Under the pieces are notes generated by a model, which had not been told where the DNA came from, searched no databases, and saw only the letters and a list, made by a program, of their open reading frames with translations. Shown here in pieces: positions 20,454-32,126 of a DNA stretch of 64,000 bases. A program made the position numbers and the translations under genes. The stretch covers positions 256,001 through 320,000 of the forward strand of contig JAVJQW010000017.1 in assembly GCA_040218735.1 (NCBI GenBank), written 5' to 3'. The stretch comes from Deltaproteobacteria bacterium. GTDB taxonomy: Bacteria; Myxococcota; Kuafuiibacteriia; Kuafuiibacteriales; Kuafuiibacteriaceae. Position 1 is the first letter of the stretch; the number at the start of each line of letters is the position of its first letter.

Positions 20454-21550
20454 AGAAGGCGAAGCTGCTGATGTTGACGCTCGTAGGCGCCGCCGCGTGC
20501 GCGCCGGCCGAGGGTTCCAAGGGTGCCGATCCCGAAGGGGGCCGGACCACGAGCAAGAAGGTCGCACCCGAGGCGCGCGCAACGCGCGTCGAGGTCGCGA
20601 CGGTCGGTGCGTCGGACGCGACGCTCGATCTGGTGCTGCCCGGTGAGGTCGAGGGGAGCAAGACCGCGCTCCTCGCGTCGCCGATGGGCGGCTACGTCGA
20701 AGGGGTCTACGTCGACGTCGGCGACGCGGTGAAGACGGGTCAGGCCCTCGCGGCCGTGGACCGCTCCACCTACGACGTCCGACTCACGCAGGCGAAGATC
20801 CAGCTGGACCAGACGACGACCGACTTCGAAGCGGTCGAGCGCGCCGGCAAGAGCATCGCGAAGACGCGCCGCGACCAGGCTCGTTTCGCGAAGGACGGCG
20901 CGCAGGCCGCGTTCGACCTCGCCGAGCTCCAGGCGAAGCGCGCCACGGTGCGCGCACCGTTCTCCGGTGTCGTCGCAGAGCGACGCGTGGAGAAGGGCGA
21001 GGTGCTCCCGCCGGGCGGCGCGGTCGTCCGACTCGTTCGGCTCGACCCGATCCGCATCAACCTGTCGGTCTCCGACCGCGACGTCGTGAACCTCGACAAG
21101 GGGATGGCGGTCCGCGTGTCGGCGGACGCCAGCACGGGCGTCATCAACGGAAAGATCGAGCGCATCAGTCCGGCCGCGAGCCTCAACACGCGCACGTTCG
21201 AGGTGCTCGTCGAGGTCGACAACGACGGCAAGACCCTCCGGCCCGGCATGATCGCCACGGTCCGCGCCAAGGTGCCCGTCGCCGGCGAGGGCCTGTCCAT
21301 CCCGCAGTACGTGCTCGTCACGCGCCTCGAAGGTAACGGCGTCTTCGTCGAGCAGGAGGGCGTCGCCCGCTGGCGCGATGTCGAGCTCGGCGGAATCGTC
21401 CGCGGACAGGTGCTGGTGAAGTCCGGCATCAACGTCGGGGACCGCGTGGTCGTCACGGGCCACCGCGAGCTCGCGGACGGCGACAAACTCCTGGTCGCGC
21501 GCGAAGGCAAGTGCTGCCGCGACGGCCAGGTCATCTTCGGAGACAAGTGA
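20450..21550 (+). CDS. RND efflux periplasmic adaptor (MFP), lipoprotein
   Basis: AAAC lipobox; VDVGDAVKTGQ, VRAPFSGVV, TRTFEV, LRPGM. Confidence 0.92.
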   Translation: MKKAKLLMLTLVGAAACAPAEGSKGADPEGGRTTSKKVAPEARATRVEVATVGASDATLDLVLPGEVEGSKTALLASPMGGYVEGVYVDVGDAVKTGQALAAVDRSTYDVRLTQAKIQLDQTTTDFEAVERAGKSIAKTRRDQARFAKDGAQAAFDLAELQAKRATVRAPFSGVVAERRVEKGEVLPPGGAVVRLVRLDPIRINLSVSDRDVVNLDKGMAVRVSADASTGVINGKIERISPAASLNTRTFEVLVEVDNDGKTLRPGMIATVRAKVPVAGEGLSIPQYVLVTRLEGNGVFVEQEGVARWRDVELGGIVRGQVLVKSGINVGDRVVVTGHRELADGDKLLVAREGKCCRDGQVIFGDK

Positions 21551-24500
21551 TGCTGAAAGCGCTGATCGACAAAGCCGCCGTCGTCGGGCTGCTCGTCGCG
21601 GTCATCATCATCTTCGGCTGGAAGGTCTACGAGGAGATGCCGCGCGAAGCGGCGCCCGACGTCGACATCCCCGTCGTCCTGATCACGACCCCGTACATCG
21701 GTGTCTCCGCGAAGGACATCGAGACGCTGATCACCACGCCGATCGAGAACGAGCTGACGTCCGTGAAGGACGTGAAGAAGATGTCGTCGACGTCCGCCGA
21801 GGGCGCGTCGATCATCTCGCTCGAGTTCGAGCCGGAGGTCATCATCGAAGACGCGCTGCAGCGCGTCCGCGACCGCGTGAACCGCGCGCGCGCGAAGATC
21901 CCGGACGAAGCCGAAGAGACCGACATCCGCGAGGTCTCGTTCTCCGACTTCCCGATCCTCATCCTGACCCTCGCGGGCCCCGTGGACGACGCCGTCCTGA
22001 AGGACCTCGGCGAGGACATGGAGGAGCGCGTCAAGCGCATCAACGGCGTCCTCGACGCGAAGATCACCGGCGGGCGCGAGCGCGAGATCAAGGTGCAGGT
22101 GGACCCGTTCCGCCTGCAGCACTTCGGCCTGCAGCTGCAGGACGTCGTCAACGCCATCTCCGCCGAGAACGTGAACATCCCCGGCGGCGACGTCACGACC
22201 GGCGACGCGAAGTTCCTGCTCCGCGTCCCCGGTGAGTTCGAGGTCGGCAAGGAGATCGAAAACGTCGCGATCAAACGCGTCGGCGATCGCCCCGTCTTCG
22301 TCCGCGACGTCGGTCGCATCGAAGACGAGTTCAAGGAGCGCGAGTCCTACGCGCGCATGAACGGGCGCCCCGCCGTCTCGATCGCGGTCACCAAGCGGAC
22401 CGGCGCCAACATCCTGCAGATCGCCGACGCCGTGAAGGTCCTCGCCGCCCAGCAGTCGAAGACGTGGCCGGAGGGGGTCAACTACCGGATCGTCGGCGAC
22501 CAGTCGAAGCAGATCCGCGACATGGTCGCCGAGCTCGAGAACGGCATCATCACGGCGCTGATCCTCGTGGTCGCCGTGCTCCTGTTCGCGATGGGCGCAC
22601 GCAACAGCCTGTTCGTCGCGGCGGCGATCCCGCTGTCGATGCTCCTCGCCATCATGGTGCTGTTCGGCTTCGGCTTCACGCTCAACATGATGGTCCTGTT
22701 CTCACTGATCCTCGCGCTCGGCATGCTCGTCGACAACGCGATCGTCATCGTCGAGAACATCTACCGCCACGTCGAGATGGGTAAGACGCTCAAGGAGGGC
22801 GCCATCGACGGCACGCGCGAGGTCGCCGGTGCGGTCACCGCGTCGACCGCGACCACCGTCGCCGCGTTCCTCCCGCTCGTCTTCTGGACCGGCATCATGG
22901 GCCAGTTCATGGGTTACATGCCCAAGACGGTCGTCACCGTGCTGATCGCCTCGCTGGTCGTCGCGATCGTCGTCCTCCCGGTCATCACCGGGCGTGCGAT
23001 GAAGCGCACCGGCAAGAAGGTCGACGAGTCGGGCATCCCGAAGAACGCGATCATGCGCGCGTACCAGTCGGTCCTGAAGATCTCGATCGACCACCGGTAC
23101 ATCTCGGCGACCCTCGGCGTGGTCAGCTTGTTCGGCACGTTCTTCGCGTACGCCGTCCTGAACCACGGCACCGAGTTCTTCCCCGAGACGGAGCCGAACC
23201 GCGCGACGATCTCGGTGCGCGCCCCCGACGGCACGGACGTCGACGCCACCGACGACATCGTCCGCCAGGTCGAGGCCGTGCTCGTCGAGGAGGAGAACGT
23301 CGACTTCTACGTCGCGGAGACCGGCGTCTCCGGCGGCGGCGATCCGATGTCGGGCGCGCAGTCCGTGCCGCACATGGCGCGCATCACGCTCGACTTCCTG
23401 CCGGACCGCAACACGGCGAAGGAAGGCGAGAAGATCCGCGTCGAGAACACCACCGACACGATCGATCGCCTCCGCGACAAGATCGCGCGGATCCCCGGTG
23501 CGGCGCTCACGATCGACAAGGAGCGAATGGGCCCGCCGGTCGGTAAGCCGATCGCCGTCGAGGTGTCGGGCGACGACTTCAACGAGGTCGGCTCCATCGC
23601 CGCCCGCGTGCGCCGCGAGCTCGCGGGCATCGAGGGCACGACCGACCTCGAGGACGACTATCGCGTCGGCCGACCGGAGCTGCGGCTCCGCATCGACCGC
23701 GGCGCCGCCAAGCGCGTCGGCGCCGACACCCGAACGGTGGCGAGCACGATCCGGACGGCGGTCGCAGGTCAGATTGCGAGCACCATCCGCGACGGCGAGG
23801 ACGAGTACGACATCGTCGTCAACATCGCGCCGGAGTTCCGCGACGACCTCCAGGCCGTCCTCGGCCTGCGCATCCCCGGCCGCCTGGACACGAGCCCCGA
23901 CACGTTCCCGGTGCCCCTGTCGACGCTCGCTTCGTACGAGCTCGCGGGCGGCAGCGGATCGATCCGCCACATCGACCGCAAGCTCGTGGTCACGATCAGC
24001 GGCGACGTCGCGGAGGGTTACAACGAAAACGCCGTCCGCGCCGAGGTGATGAAGTACATCGAAGAGGCCGAGATGCCGGCGAACACGTTCCTCCGCCTCG
24101 GCGGCGCGAACGACGAGCAGAAGAACGCGCAGGAGTTCTTGGGCAACGCCTTCCTCATCGCGCTGTTCCTGATCGCCATCGTGCTCGTCGCGCAGTTCAA
24201 CCGCTTCGACCTGCCGTTCATCATCCTCGCGTCGGTGATCCTGTCGCTGATCGGCGTGCTCTGGGGGCTCGTGCTCACCGGCACCCCATTCGGGATCATG
24301 ATGACGGGGCTGGGGGTCATCTCCCTCGCGGGGGTGGTCGTGAACAACGCGATCGTGTTGCTCGACTACGTGCAGCAGCTCCGAGAGCAGGGCATGGCGA
24401 CGTACGACGCGTTGATCCAAGCCGGCATGACGCGCTTCCGCCCGGTGATCCTCACGGCGATCACGACGATGCTCGGCCTCATCCCGATGGCGCTCGGCAT

Positions 24501-24756
24501 CTCGTTCGACTTCCGCGAGCTCAAGTGGATCGTCGGCAGCCAGAGCGCGCAGTTCTGGGGACCGATGGCGGTCGCGGTCATCTTCGGCCTGCTCGTCGCG
24601 ACCGTGCTGACGCTGGTGATGGTGCCGACGATGTACTCGATCTTCGAGGACATCCGCCGCGTCCTCGGACGCGCCTTCAAGCGGAGCCCCGCGCACGCCG
24701 ACGACGAGGATCACGCCCACGACAGCGCCGGGCAGCCCTCCCCCGCCTCGCACTGA
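21550..24756 (+). CDS. RND efflux permease (AcrB/MdtC family)
   Basis: GMLVDNAIVIVEN, GVVVNNAIVL and RFRPVILT; about 1068 aa with two TM blocks. Confidence 0.95.
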   Translation: MLKALIDKAAVVGLLVAVIIIFGWKVYEEMPREAAPDVDIPVVLITTPYIGVSAKDIETLITTPIENELTSVKDVKKMSSTSAEGASIISLEFEPEVIIEDALQRVRDRVNRARAKIPDEAEETDIREVSFSDFPILILTLAGPVDDAVLKDLGEDMEERVKRINGVLDAKITGGREREIKVQVDPFRLQHFGLQLQDVVNAISAENVNIPGGDVTTGDAKFLLRVPGEFEVGKEIENVAIKRVGDRPVFVRDVGRIEDEFKERESYARMNGRPAVSIAVTKRTGANILQIADAVKVLAAQQSKTWPEGVNYRIVGDQSKQIRDMVAELENGIITALILVVAVLLFAMGARNSLFVAAAIPLSMLLAIMVLFGFGFTLNMMVLFSLILALGMLVDNAIVIVENIYRHVEMGKTLKEGAIDGTREVAGAVTASTATTVAAFLPLVFWTGIMGQFMGYMPKTVVTVLIASLVVAIVVLPVITGRAMKRTGKKVDESGIPKNAIMRAYQSVLKISIDHRYISATLGVVSLFGTFFAYAVLNHGTEFFPETEPNRATISVRAPDGTDVDATDDIVRQVEAVLVEEENVDFYVAETGVSGGGDPMSGAQSVPHMARITLDFLPDRNTAKEGEKIRVENTTDTIDRLRDKIARIPGAALTIDKERMGPPVGKPIAVEVSGDDFNEVGSIAARVRRELAGIEGTTDLEDDYRVGRPELRLRIDRGAAKRVGADTRTVASTIRTAVAGQIASTIRDGEDEYDIVVNIAPEFRDDLQAVLGLRIPGRLDTSPDTFPVPLSTLASYELAGGSGSIRHIDRKLVVTISGDVAEGYNENAVRAEVMKYIEEAEMPANTFLRLGGANDEQKNAQEFLGNAFLIALFLIAIVLVAQFNRFDLPFIILASVILSLIGVLWGLVLTGTPFGIMMTGLGVISLAGVVVNNAIVLLDYVQQLREQGMATYDALIQAGMTRFRPVILTAITTMLGLIPMALGISFDFRELKWIVGSQSAQFWGPMAVAVIFGLLVATVLTLVMVPTMYSIFEDIRRVLGRAFKRSPAHADDEDHAHDSAGQPSPASH

Positions 24757-24779
24757 CCAAAGTGCTATCGTCGCCACCG

Positions 24780-26144
24780 ATGCGAAGGTGGCTCGTGGTC
24801 CTCCCGCTGGCGCTCGCCGGCTGCCCCAGCCTCGACATCGACGCGCTCACCTACCCGTGCGCCGAAGACGGCGACTGCCCGGCCGCGCAGGCCTGTGATC
24901 TCATCGACACCGTCTGCGTCGCGCCGGCCTCCGCGCGCCCGCTCCCCGAGGCGCGCCCCGCGACCGACGCGTGGGGACAACTGCTGGGGCTCGGCGTCGC
25001 CGACGGCCGCTTCGTACGCTGGTACGCCCGCGGCGCGTTCACGCAGATCGAGGACCTCACCCAGCCCGACGACGGAACCGGCGCCTTCGCCCACGACCTC
25101 ACCGAGGTCGTCGCCGTCGCCAAGGCCGACGGCCTGCCCGCCTACACGTTCTTCGCAGACCAGCGACTCGCGCGGGGTCCGCTCGCCGCGCCGGACCGCG
25201 AGCCGCTCGGACGCTACGAGGCACCGGCCGGCGTCGTCGGGATCGCGATGGCTCCGGACGGTTCGACCGTGACCTGGCTCGACGACGACACGGTCGTGTA
25301 CGGCACCCCCGAAGACCTCGGCGCGGGCGCCACCGCCGACGTGACCTGGCCGGTCGGCAAACACGCCGCCAACGCCGACGCCTTCGCCCTCGCCGCGGAC
25401 GGGACCGCGTGGGTGCTGTTCCGCGACGGCACCGTCGCCAGCGGCACACCCGAAGAGCTTACGCGGACCGTTCGACCGGGGCGCCTCGTCGGCTTCGACA
25501 TCTCGACCGAGCCGCGCACCTTCCTCTACTACGCGACCGGCTGGTGCAAGGTGCTGCTCGACGATCCGTTCGTCGCGTTCAAGCGCCAGTCGGAGCCGTG
25601 GTCGGGCGACTGGGCGGCGACGTCGTCCTCGTCGGACTGGCTCGCGGAGCGTTGGATCACGCTGCCGGAGGACCGCAGACCCGACGAGATCCTGGACGTG
25701 AGCATGGGCGGCGCCTCCACGAGCACGGTGCACGTGTACTTCCACGACGCGGTGCGCGTGGAGTCGATGGGCCCGTTCGACTTCACCGGCGCCCGCTCGT
25801 TCACGAACCTGTCGCCCGAGGTCACGCCTGAAGTCGTAGGTATGGGGCAGGTCGCCGGCGTGTTGTACACGTACGTCCGCGACGTCGGCGTGTATCGCAG
25901 CGACCACGTCGCGCTCCCGATCCCGCCGGACGTGGAGCCGGTCGACGTGGTGTTCCCCGAAGGCCAGAGCTTCGACACCATCGCGGCGATCGCGGGCGAA
26001 CAACGCAACAGTCGCCCGCGCCCGATCGTCGGGGCGATCTGGGCGATCTTCACGGACGGCTCGATCGCCGAGGGCCGCAGCTTCGACTTCCGCGGGGACG
26101 CGGGCCTGCGGGACATCGGCTACCGCTCCATCGACGGCGACTGA
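24780..26144 (+). CDS. Cys-rich lipoprotein with repeated beta-propeller-like blades
   Basis: LALAGC lipobox; C-x4-DCP-x3-ACD-x5-C module; repeats such as VVGIAMAPDG..VTWLDD, VVAVAKADG..YTFFAD. Confidence 0.6.
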   Translation: MRRWLVVLPLALAGCPSLDIDALTYPCAEDGDCPAAQACDLIDTVCVAPASARPLPEARPATDAWGQLLGLGVADGRFVRWYARGAFTQIEDLTQPDDGTGAFAHDLTEVVAVAKADGLPAYTFFADQRLARGPLAAPDREPLGRYEAPAGVVGIAMAPDGSTVTWLDDDTVVYGTPEDLGAGATADVTWPVGKHAANADAFALAADGTAWVLFRDGTVASGTPEELTRTVRPGRLVGFDISTEPRTFLYYATGWCKVLLDDPFVAFKRQSEPWSGDWAATSSSSDWLAERWITLPEDRRPDEILDVSMGGASTSTVHVYFHDAVRVESMGPFDFTGARSFTNLSPEVTPEVVGMGQVAGVLYTYVRDVGVYRSDHVALPIPPDVEPVDVVFPEGQSFDTIAAIAGEQRNSRPRPIVGAIWAIFTDGSIAEGRSFDFRGDAGLRDIGYRSIDGD

Positions 26145-27164
26145 CTACTCCGCGGACGTCAGCGCGCCCCAGATCAAGCCGCTCGCGACGGCGACGCCGC
26201 CGGCGATCATCAAGCCGACGCCCGCGGCCGCTTCCCGACCCGCGCGCCGCTCCGTCGCGACGGCCTCCGGGTACGTGACCGGCGCGAGGTTCGACCCCGG
26301 CGTCGGGTCCAGCGTCCCCGCCGTGCCGTGCGCGACACCGAGCAAGACAGCGCCGGTCGCGACGAGCACCGCACCGCTCGCCGACACCACCCACGGCAGC
26401 ACCGGAGCAGACTCGGACGGCGGCGGCGCCGTCACGACCTCGACGACGACAGGCTGGCTCAAGGGCTCCGTCGCACCGGGCGCCAGGTCGATCGTTCGTT
26501 GGTGGGTGTCACCTTCGCGGCCTGTCCACTGAATGGAATGACGCCCTGGATCCAGCCTCAGCTTCGTCCCTGGATCCGGAAGCCAGCCCAGCGATGCGCC
26601 GTCGACTGTCATGTCGCGCACTCGCTCCGCGCCGATCGCGAGGAAGGCATCACCTTCGCGTTCGAGGTAGGTCGCCGTGTCGATCGTCGTGCGCCGCGCG
26701 ACGGGGAGCTCGACGTTGCGCACCACCACCCCCTTCTCACTGCGAATCGTGAGGACCGCAGGCCCGGGGTGGACACGCTGATCGCCGCCGCGGTCGGAGC
26801 GCGCCGTCGCGATCGTGGCGTCCAGCGCGGAGAGGAACCGAACCGTCGCGCTCTCGAGGCTCGGCTTCAGCTTCATGAGACGCTCCCGATCCTTGGCGCG
26901 CAACGCCTCGGGGCTCCGCTCGTCCGCGATCACGCGGATGAACGCGTCGGCGGCCTCGTCGAAGCGACCGAGCGCCTCGAGCACGACGCCCAGGTTGTTG
27001 AGCAACTCAGGTTGCGGGTCGAGCGCATACGCCTTCTTCGCCGCCGCCAGCGCCTCCTCGTAGCGCTCCGCGGCGAAGGCCTTCGTCGCACGTTCGGCCC
27101 ACGCCTTCGCCTCGGCGGGCGGGGCCGCGATCCCCAACACCAACACGAACACCAGCGGGCCCAC
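26145..27164 (-). CDS. TPR and PEGA-like domain membrane protein
   Basis: Signal peptide; TPR (YEEALAAAKKAYALDPQPELLNNLG); LDPGRHSI PEGA-like motif; C-terminal TM pair. Confidence 0.75.
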   Translation of the reverse strand: MGPLVFVLVLGIAAPPAEAKAWAERATKAFAAERYEEALAAAKKAYALDPQPELLNNLGVVLEALGRFDEAADAFIRVIADERSPEALRAKDRERLMKLKPSLESATVRFLSALDATIATARSDRGGDQRVHPGPAVLTIRSEKGVVVRNVELPVARRTTIDTATYLEREGDAFLAIGAERVRDMTVDGASLGWLPDPGTKLRLDPGRHSIQWTGREGDTHQRTIDLAPGATEPLSQPVVVEVVTAPPPSESAPVLPWVVSASGAVLVATGAVLLGVAHGTAGTLDPTPGSNLAPVTYPEAVATERRAGREAAAGVGLMIAGGVAVASGLIWGALTSAE

Positions 27165-27193
27165 GGCGCGCGGATGGTAGCATCACGGCCCGC

Positions 27194-28936
27194 GTGGATG
27201 TGCTCGAACCCGGCGCGGTCCTGGCGGACCGTTTCACGATCGAGGCGCCCCTCGGCCGCGGGGTCCTCGGGGAGGTGTACCGCGCCACGCAGCTGGCGAT
27301 GGGGCGCCCCGTCGCGGTGAAGCTCCTGCGCGCGGCGTCGCTCCGCTCGGAGCACGCCCACCGGCGTTTCGAGCAGGAGGCGCACCTGCTCGGGCGCCTC
27401 GCACACCCGAACATCGTGCAGGTCTTCGACTTCGGCATCGACGAGGTGACGCAGCGCCCCTTCATCGCGCTGGAGCTGATCGCGGGGTCGACGCTCCTCG
27501 ACCTGCTCCGCAACCGCGGTCCCGTCCCGGAGGCGCAGGCCGCGCGCATCTGCGAGCAGATCGCGCTCGCGCTCGCGCACGCACACGCGCAGGGCATCGT
27601 GCATCGAGACCTCAAGCCGGCGAACGTCATGCTCTCGGATCTCGCCGACGGGCGCGCGCCGCTCGTGAAGGTGCTCGACTTCGGGCTCGGTAAGCTGCTG
27701 GGCCGCGAGGAGGCGAAGAAGCGCCTCACCACGCCGGGGCAGATGCTCGGGACGCCGAGCTTCGCGAGCCCCGAGCAGGCGCTCGGGGACACCGTCGACG
27801 AACGCAGCGATCTCTACTCGCTCGGGTGCCTCGCGTTTGCGCTCGTCGCGGGGCGGGCGCCGCACGCGGCGGCGGACGTCGCCGAGACGTTGCGCCAGAA
27901 GCGCTCCAGCGAAGCGCCCGCGCTCCCCGCCACGCTGCAGGACGGCGCCCCGCCCTCCGCGGAGCTCGACGACCTGTATCGCCACCTCATGGCACGGCGA
28001 CCTTCGGACCGGCCCGCGCAAGCGCGCGACGTAGCGGCGCGGTTCGCGGAGATCGCGCAGGACGCGGAGCAACGCACCGCCGCGATGCGGTTCCCCGAGG
28101 ACGAAGCGACCGCACGCCCGAGCATCGCGAAGATCGTCGACGGACCGACGGACGTAGCGACCCGCGCGACGCAGATCGTGACGCCGACGGACGAACGCCC
28201 CGCGGAAACGACGGCAGCGACGAAGCTCCCCGACACGGTCCCCGGCGTGGAGCGACCCGACGCCAAGACCGCGCCCCACGAGCTGGATCCTGCGGCGCTC
28301 GCCGACACGACGCCGAGCGCGGATCGCGAAGCCCTGGCCGACACGACGCCGAGCGCGGATCGCGAGGCACTCCCCGACACCGGCGCGGCCCGCGCAGGCC
28401 CTCCTCGCGCCGCCGCCGCGCCGCTCGTCGACCCGGCGGCGTCCCCGCCGACGGAAGCGATCCTCCCGCCCCCCTCGCCCGGCCCGGGGAGTCGGCTCCC
28501 CCTCCTCTTCGCGGGCGCGGCGGCGGTCGTTGCGATCGCCGCGCTGATCGCCGCCAACACTTCGCGGACCACCACGGCGCCACCGCCGGTCACGGCGCCA
28601 CCGCCGGTCACGGCGCCCGGCGCCGCGCCGCGTATCGAGGTCGCGCAACGTCCCTTGCATCGCGTGCGCATCGAGACTTCGCCGTCGGGGGCGCGGGTCA
28701 TGGACGGCAACCTCGACCTCGGGCCGACGCCGCTCGACCTGCAGCTGACCGCCGAGCGGCTCCCGCAGACGCTCCGGCTCGAGCTCGCGGGCCACCACGG
28801 CGCGACGATCGAAGTTCAAGAGGACGGCCCGGCCACGCTGCGAACGACGCTCCGCGCGATCCCACGGCCCGCGAAGGCGGCGCCGAAACACACCCCGCCG
28901 AAGGAGCCACCGGAGGAAGGCTACCCCGTCTGGTGA
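27194..28936 (+). CDS. Ser/Thr protein kinase with TM and C-terminal PEGA domain
   Basis: VAVK, HRDLKPAN, DFG, GTPSFASPE; IETSPSGARVMDG..LGPTPL. Confidence 0.92.
   Translation: MDVLEPGAVLADRFTIEAPLGRGVLGEVYRATQLAMGRPVAVKLLRAASLRSEHAHRRFEQEAHLLGRLAHPNIVQVFDFGIDEVTQRPFIALELIAGSTLLDLLRNRGPVPEAQAARICEQIALALAHAHAQGIVHRDLKPANVMLSDLADGRAPLVKVLDFGLGKLLGREEAKKRLTTPGQMLGTPSFASPEQALGDTVDERSDLYSLGCLAFALVAGRAPHAAADVAETLRQKRSSEAPALPATLQDGAPPSAELDDLYRHLMARRPSDRPAQARDVAARFAEIAQDAEQRTAAMRFPEDEATARPSIAKIVDGPTDVATRATQIVTPTDERPAETTAATKLPDTVPGVERPDAKTAPHELDPAALADTTPSADREALADTTPSADREALPDTGAARAGPPRAAAAPLVDPAASPPTEAILPPPSPGPGSRLPLLFAGAAAVVAIAALIAANTSRTTTAPPPVTAPPPVTAPGAAPRIEVAQRPLHRVRIETSPSGARVMDGNLDLGPTPLDLQLTAERLPQTLRLELAGHHGATIEVQEDGPATLRTTLRAIPRPAKAAPKHTPPKEPPEEGYPVW
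28301..28380 (+). repeat. 36-bp in-frame tandem repeat (ADTTPSADREAL x2 plus partial)
   Basis: gccgacacgacgccgagcgcggatcgcga at 28301 and 28337, partial copy at 28373. Confidence 0.9.
28573..28617 (+). repeat. 18-bp in-frame tandem repeat (TAPPPV x2.5)
   Basis: cacggcgccaccgccggt at 28573 and 28591, partial at 28609. Confidence 0.9.
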
Positions 28937-28937
28937 G

Positions 28938-30440
<1,503 letters not shown>

Positions 30441-30512
30441 GCGCGGGGGGAGCGTACGGCGGACGGTGCGGCCTGTACACCTACGGTCCGACCGCGCAGA
30501 CGCGCCTCGAAG

Positions 30513-31379
30513 TCACTCGATGAGCCCCTCCGCACGCAGGCTCGCGCGCACGCCCTCGCGGTAGGTCGGGTGCGCGAGCGCGCCCATCACCGCGGCGCGC
30601 ACCGTCGAGCGGCAACGCCGCCCTCCCATGCGCATCTCCAACGCGGCCGGCGACAGCTGCTCCTTGGCCTCATCGAGACTCACGACGTCGGGCATCGGAC
30701 GGTCCAGCAGCGCGCACGTGTAGCGGGCGACGTCGAGCGTCGGCGCCGGCTCTTCGTCACACGCGATCGCCAACGACGGGGCGTCGGGGGCGAGCATCCC
30801 GACCAAGAGCGACACCAGATCGTCGACGTGGGTTCGGCTCGTGTGCGGTCCGCCCTCGAACAGAACGAACGAGTCGCGCTCCAACGCGCGCAGCAGCGTG
30901 CGGTGCGGTCCGTAGATCCCGGCGATGCGCACCACGCGCAACGGGAGGCCGGCGTCGGCCAACGCATGCTCGGTGTCGAGCCGACGCTGACCGCGCGCGC
31001 CGAGGGCGCCCGATGGGGTGGCCTCGTCGATCCACGCGTCGCCGTGGTCGCCGAACGCGCCGGTCGTCGACCCGTAGACGAAGGCCCGAACGCGGTCGGT
31101 GCAGCGGTCGGCGATCACCTTCGCCTCCGCTGCGGCGGACCCGTCACGCGCCGGCGGGGCGAGGTGTACGACGGCGTCGACATCGAAGGTCACGTCCCCG
31201 GGTGTGCCGAAATCGAAACACACCGCGTCCGCGCCGCGCGACGACAGCTCCGGGACCTTGGCGGGCGTCGTGGTCGTCGCGAGGACCCGGTGGCCCGCCT
31301 CGACGAGGCGCGTCGTGAGGGCCTGGCCAACGTATCCGGCGCCGAGGACGGCGATCTGGGAGGGCGCTGCATCCTTCAT
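30513..31379 (-). CDS. NAD-dependent epimerase/dehydratase (atypical SDR)
   Basis: AVLGAGYVG, YGSTTGAFGD..G.WIDE, RIAGIYGP, HVDDL. Confidence 0.88.
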   Translation of the reverse strand: MKDAAPSQIAVLGAGYVGQALTTRLVEAGHRVLATTTTPAKVPELSSRGADAVCFDFGTPGDVTFDVDAVVHLAPPARDGSAAAEAKVIADRCTDRVRAFVYGSTTGAFGDHGDAWIDEATPSGALGARGQRRLDTEHALADAGLPLRVVRIAGIYGPHRTLLRALERDSFVLFEGGPHTSRTHVDDLVSLLVGMLAPDAPSLAIACDEEPAPTLDVARYTCALLDRPMPDVVSLDEAKEQLSPAALEMRMGGRRCRSTVRAAVMGALAHPTYREGVRASLRAEGLIE

Positions 31380-31406
31380 TGGCGCGGTCGACTCTACTCG
31401 ACTACC

Positions 31407-32126
31407 ATGGGTCGCGCATTGCCGAAGGTGATCAAGCGGGCCTCCCAGGCCCCCGAACCGAGCCGCCCGCAGGCGCCGCAGATGAAGAAGCGGCGCGTGA
31501 TCGAGCGCGAGCTCGTCGACGCGACCAAGGAGGCCACGCGCATCCGACGCGAGGCCGAGGACGCGGCCCAGCGCATCCTCGAAGAGGCCGAAGAGCAGGC
31601 CGTCGAGACGCGCCAGCACGGGTTCGAAGAGGGCAAACAAGAAGGCCTCGCGCAGTACACCCAGCAGGTCGCGCAAGCGCTCTTGCGGGTGAAGAAGGTC
31701 GAGGACGGCCTCGAGGCGAGCTACGTCGGGCTCGTGACGGAGTGCGTCGAGAAGATCATCGGTGAGGCCGTCAAGATCGACTCGAACGTCATCGTCGGGG
31801 TCGTGCGGCGCGCCCTGCTCGACGCGCGGCAGCAGCGCGAGATCATCGTGCGCGTGCACCCGACCGACAAAGCGGCGCTCGAGCAGAACAAGAACAAACT
31901 CCTGGAGATCCTCGCGCGTGCGAACGCCGTAGAGATCCGTGAGGACGCCTCGGTCACGCGCGGCGGCTGCATGATCATGACGGAGCTCGGTGCGATCGAC
32001 GCGCAGCTCGAGCGGCAGCTCGAAGCGATGCAAGCCGCCTTGCAGGCCGAGCTCACGGAAGCGGAGCTGTCCGGCTACGACATGGGCGAGCTGGATCCCG
32101 AGGACGACCCGGGGGCCGGTTACTAG
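31407..32126 (+). CDS. sctL: T3SS stator SctL (FliH family)
   Basis: HGFEEGKQEG GxxxG repeats, IIVRVHP.D, GGCMIMTELGAIDA; immediately upstream of the ATPase. Confidence 0.88.
   Translation: MGRALPKVIKRASQAPEPSRPQAPQMKKRRVIERELVDATKEATRIRREAEDAAQRILEEAEEQAVETRQHGFEEGKQEGLAQYTQQVAQALLRVKKVEDGLEASYVGLVTECVEKIIGEAVKIDSNVIVGVVRRALLDARQQREIIVRVHPTDKAALEQNKNKLLEILARANAVEIREDASVTRGGCMIMTELGAIDAQLERQLEAMQAALQAELTEAELSGYDMGELDPEDDPGAGY

Noticed and set aside
18418-24756. RND operon as novel (CC motif in the adaptor tail, His/Asp tail on the permease)
   Set aside because: Standard tetR-OMF-MFP-RND layout; the tails are too short to support a metal-specific claim
28301-28617. Short direct repeats as a CRISPR array
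   Set aside because: In-frame tandem coding repeats with no unique spacers and no cas genes
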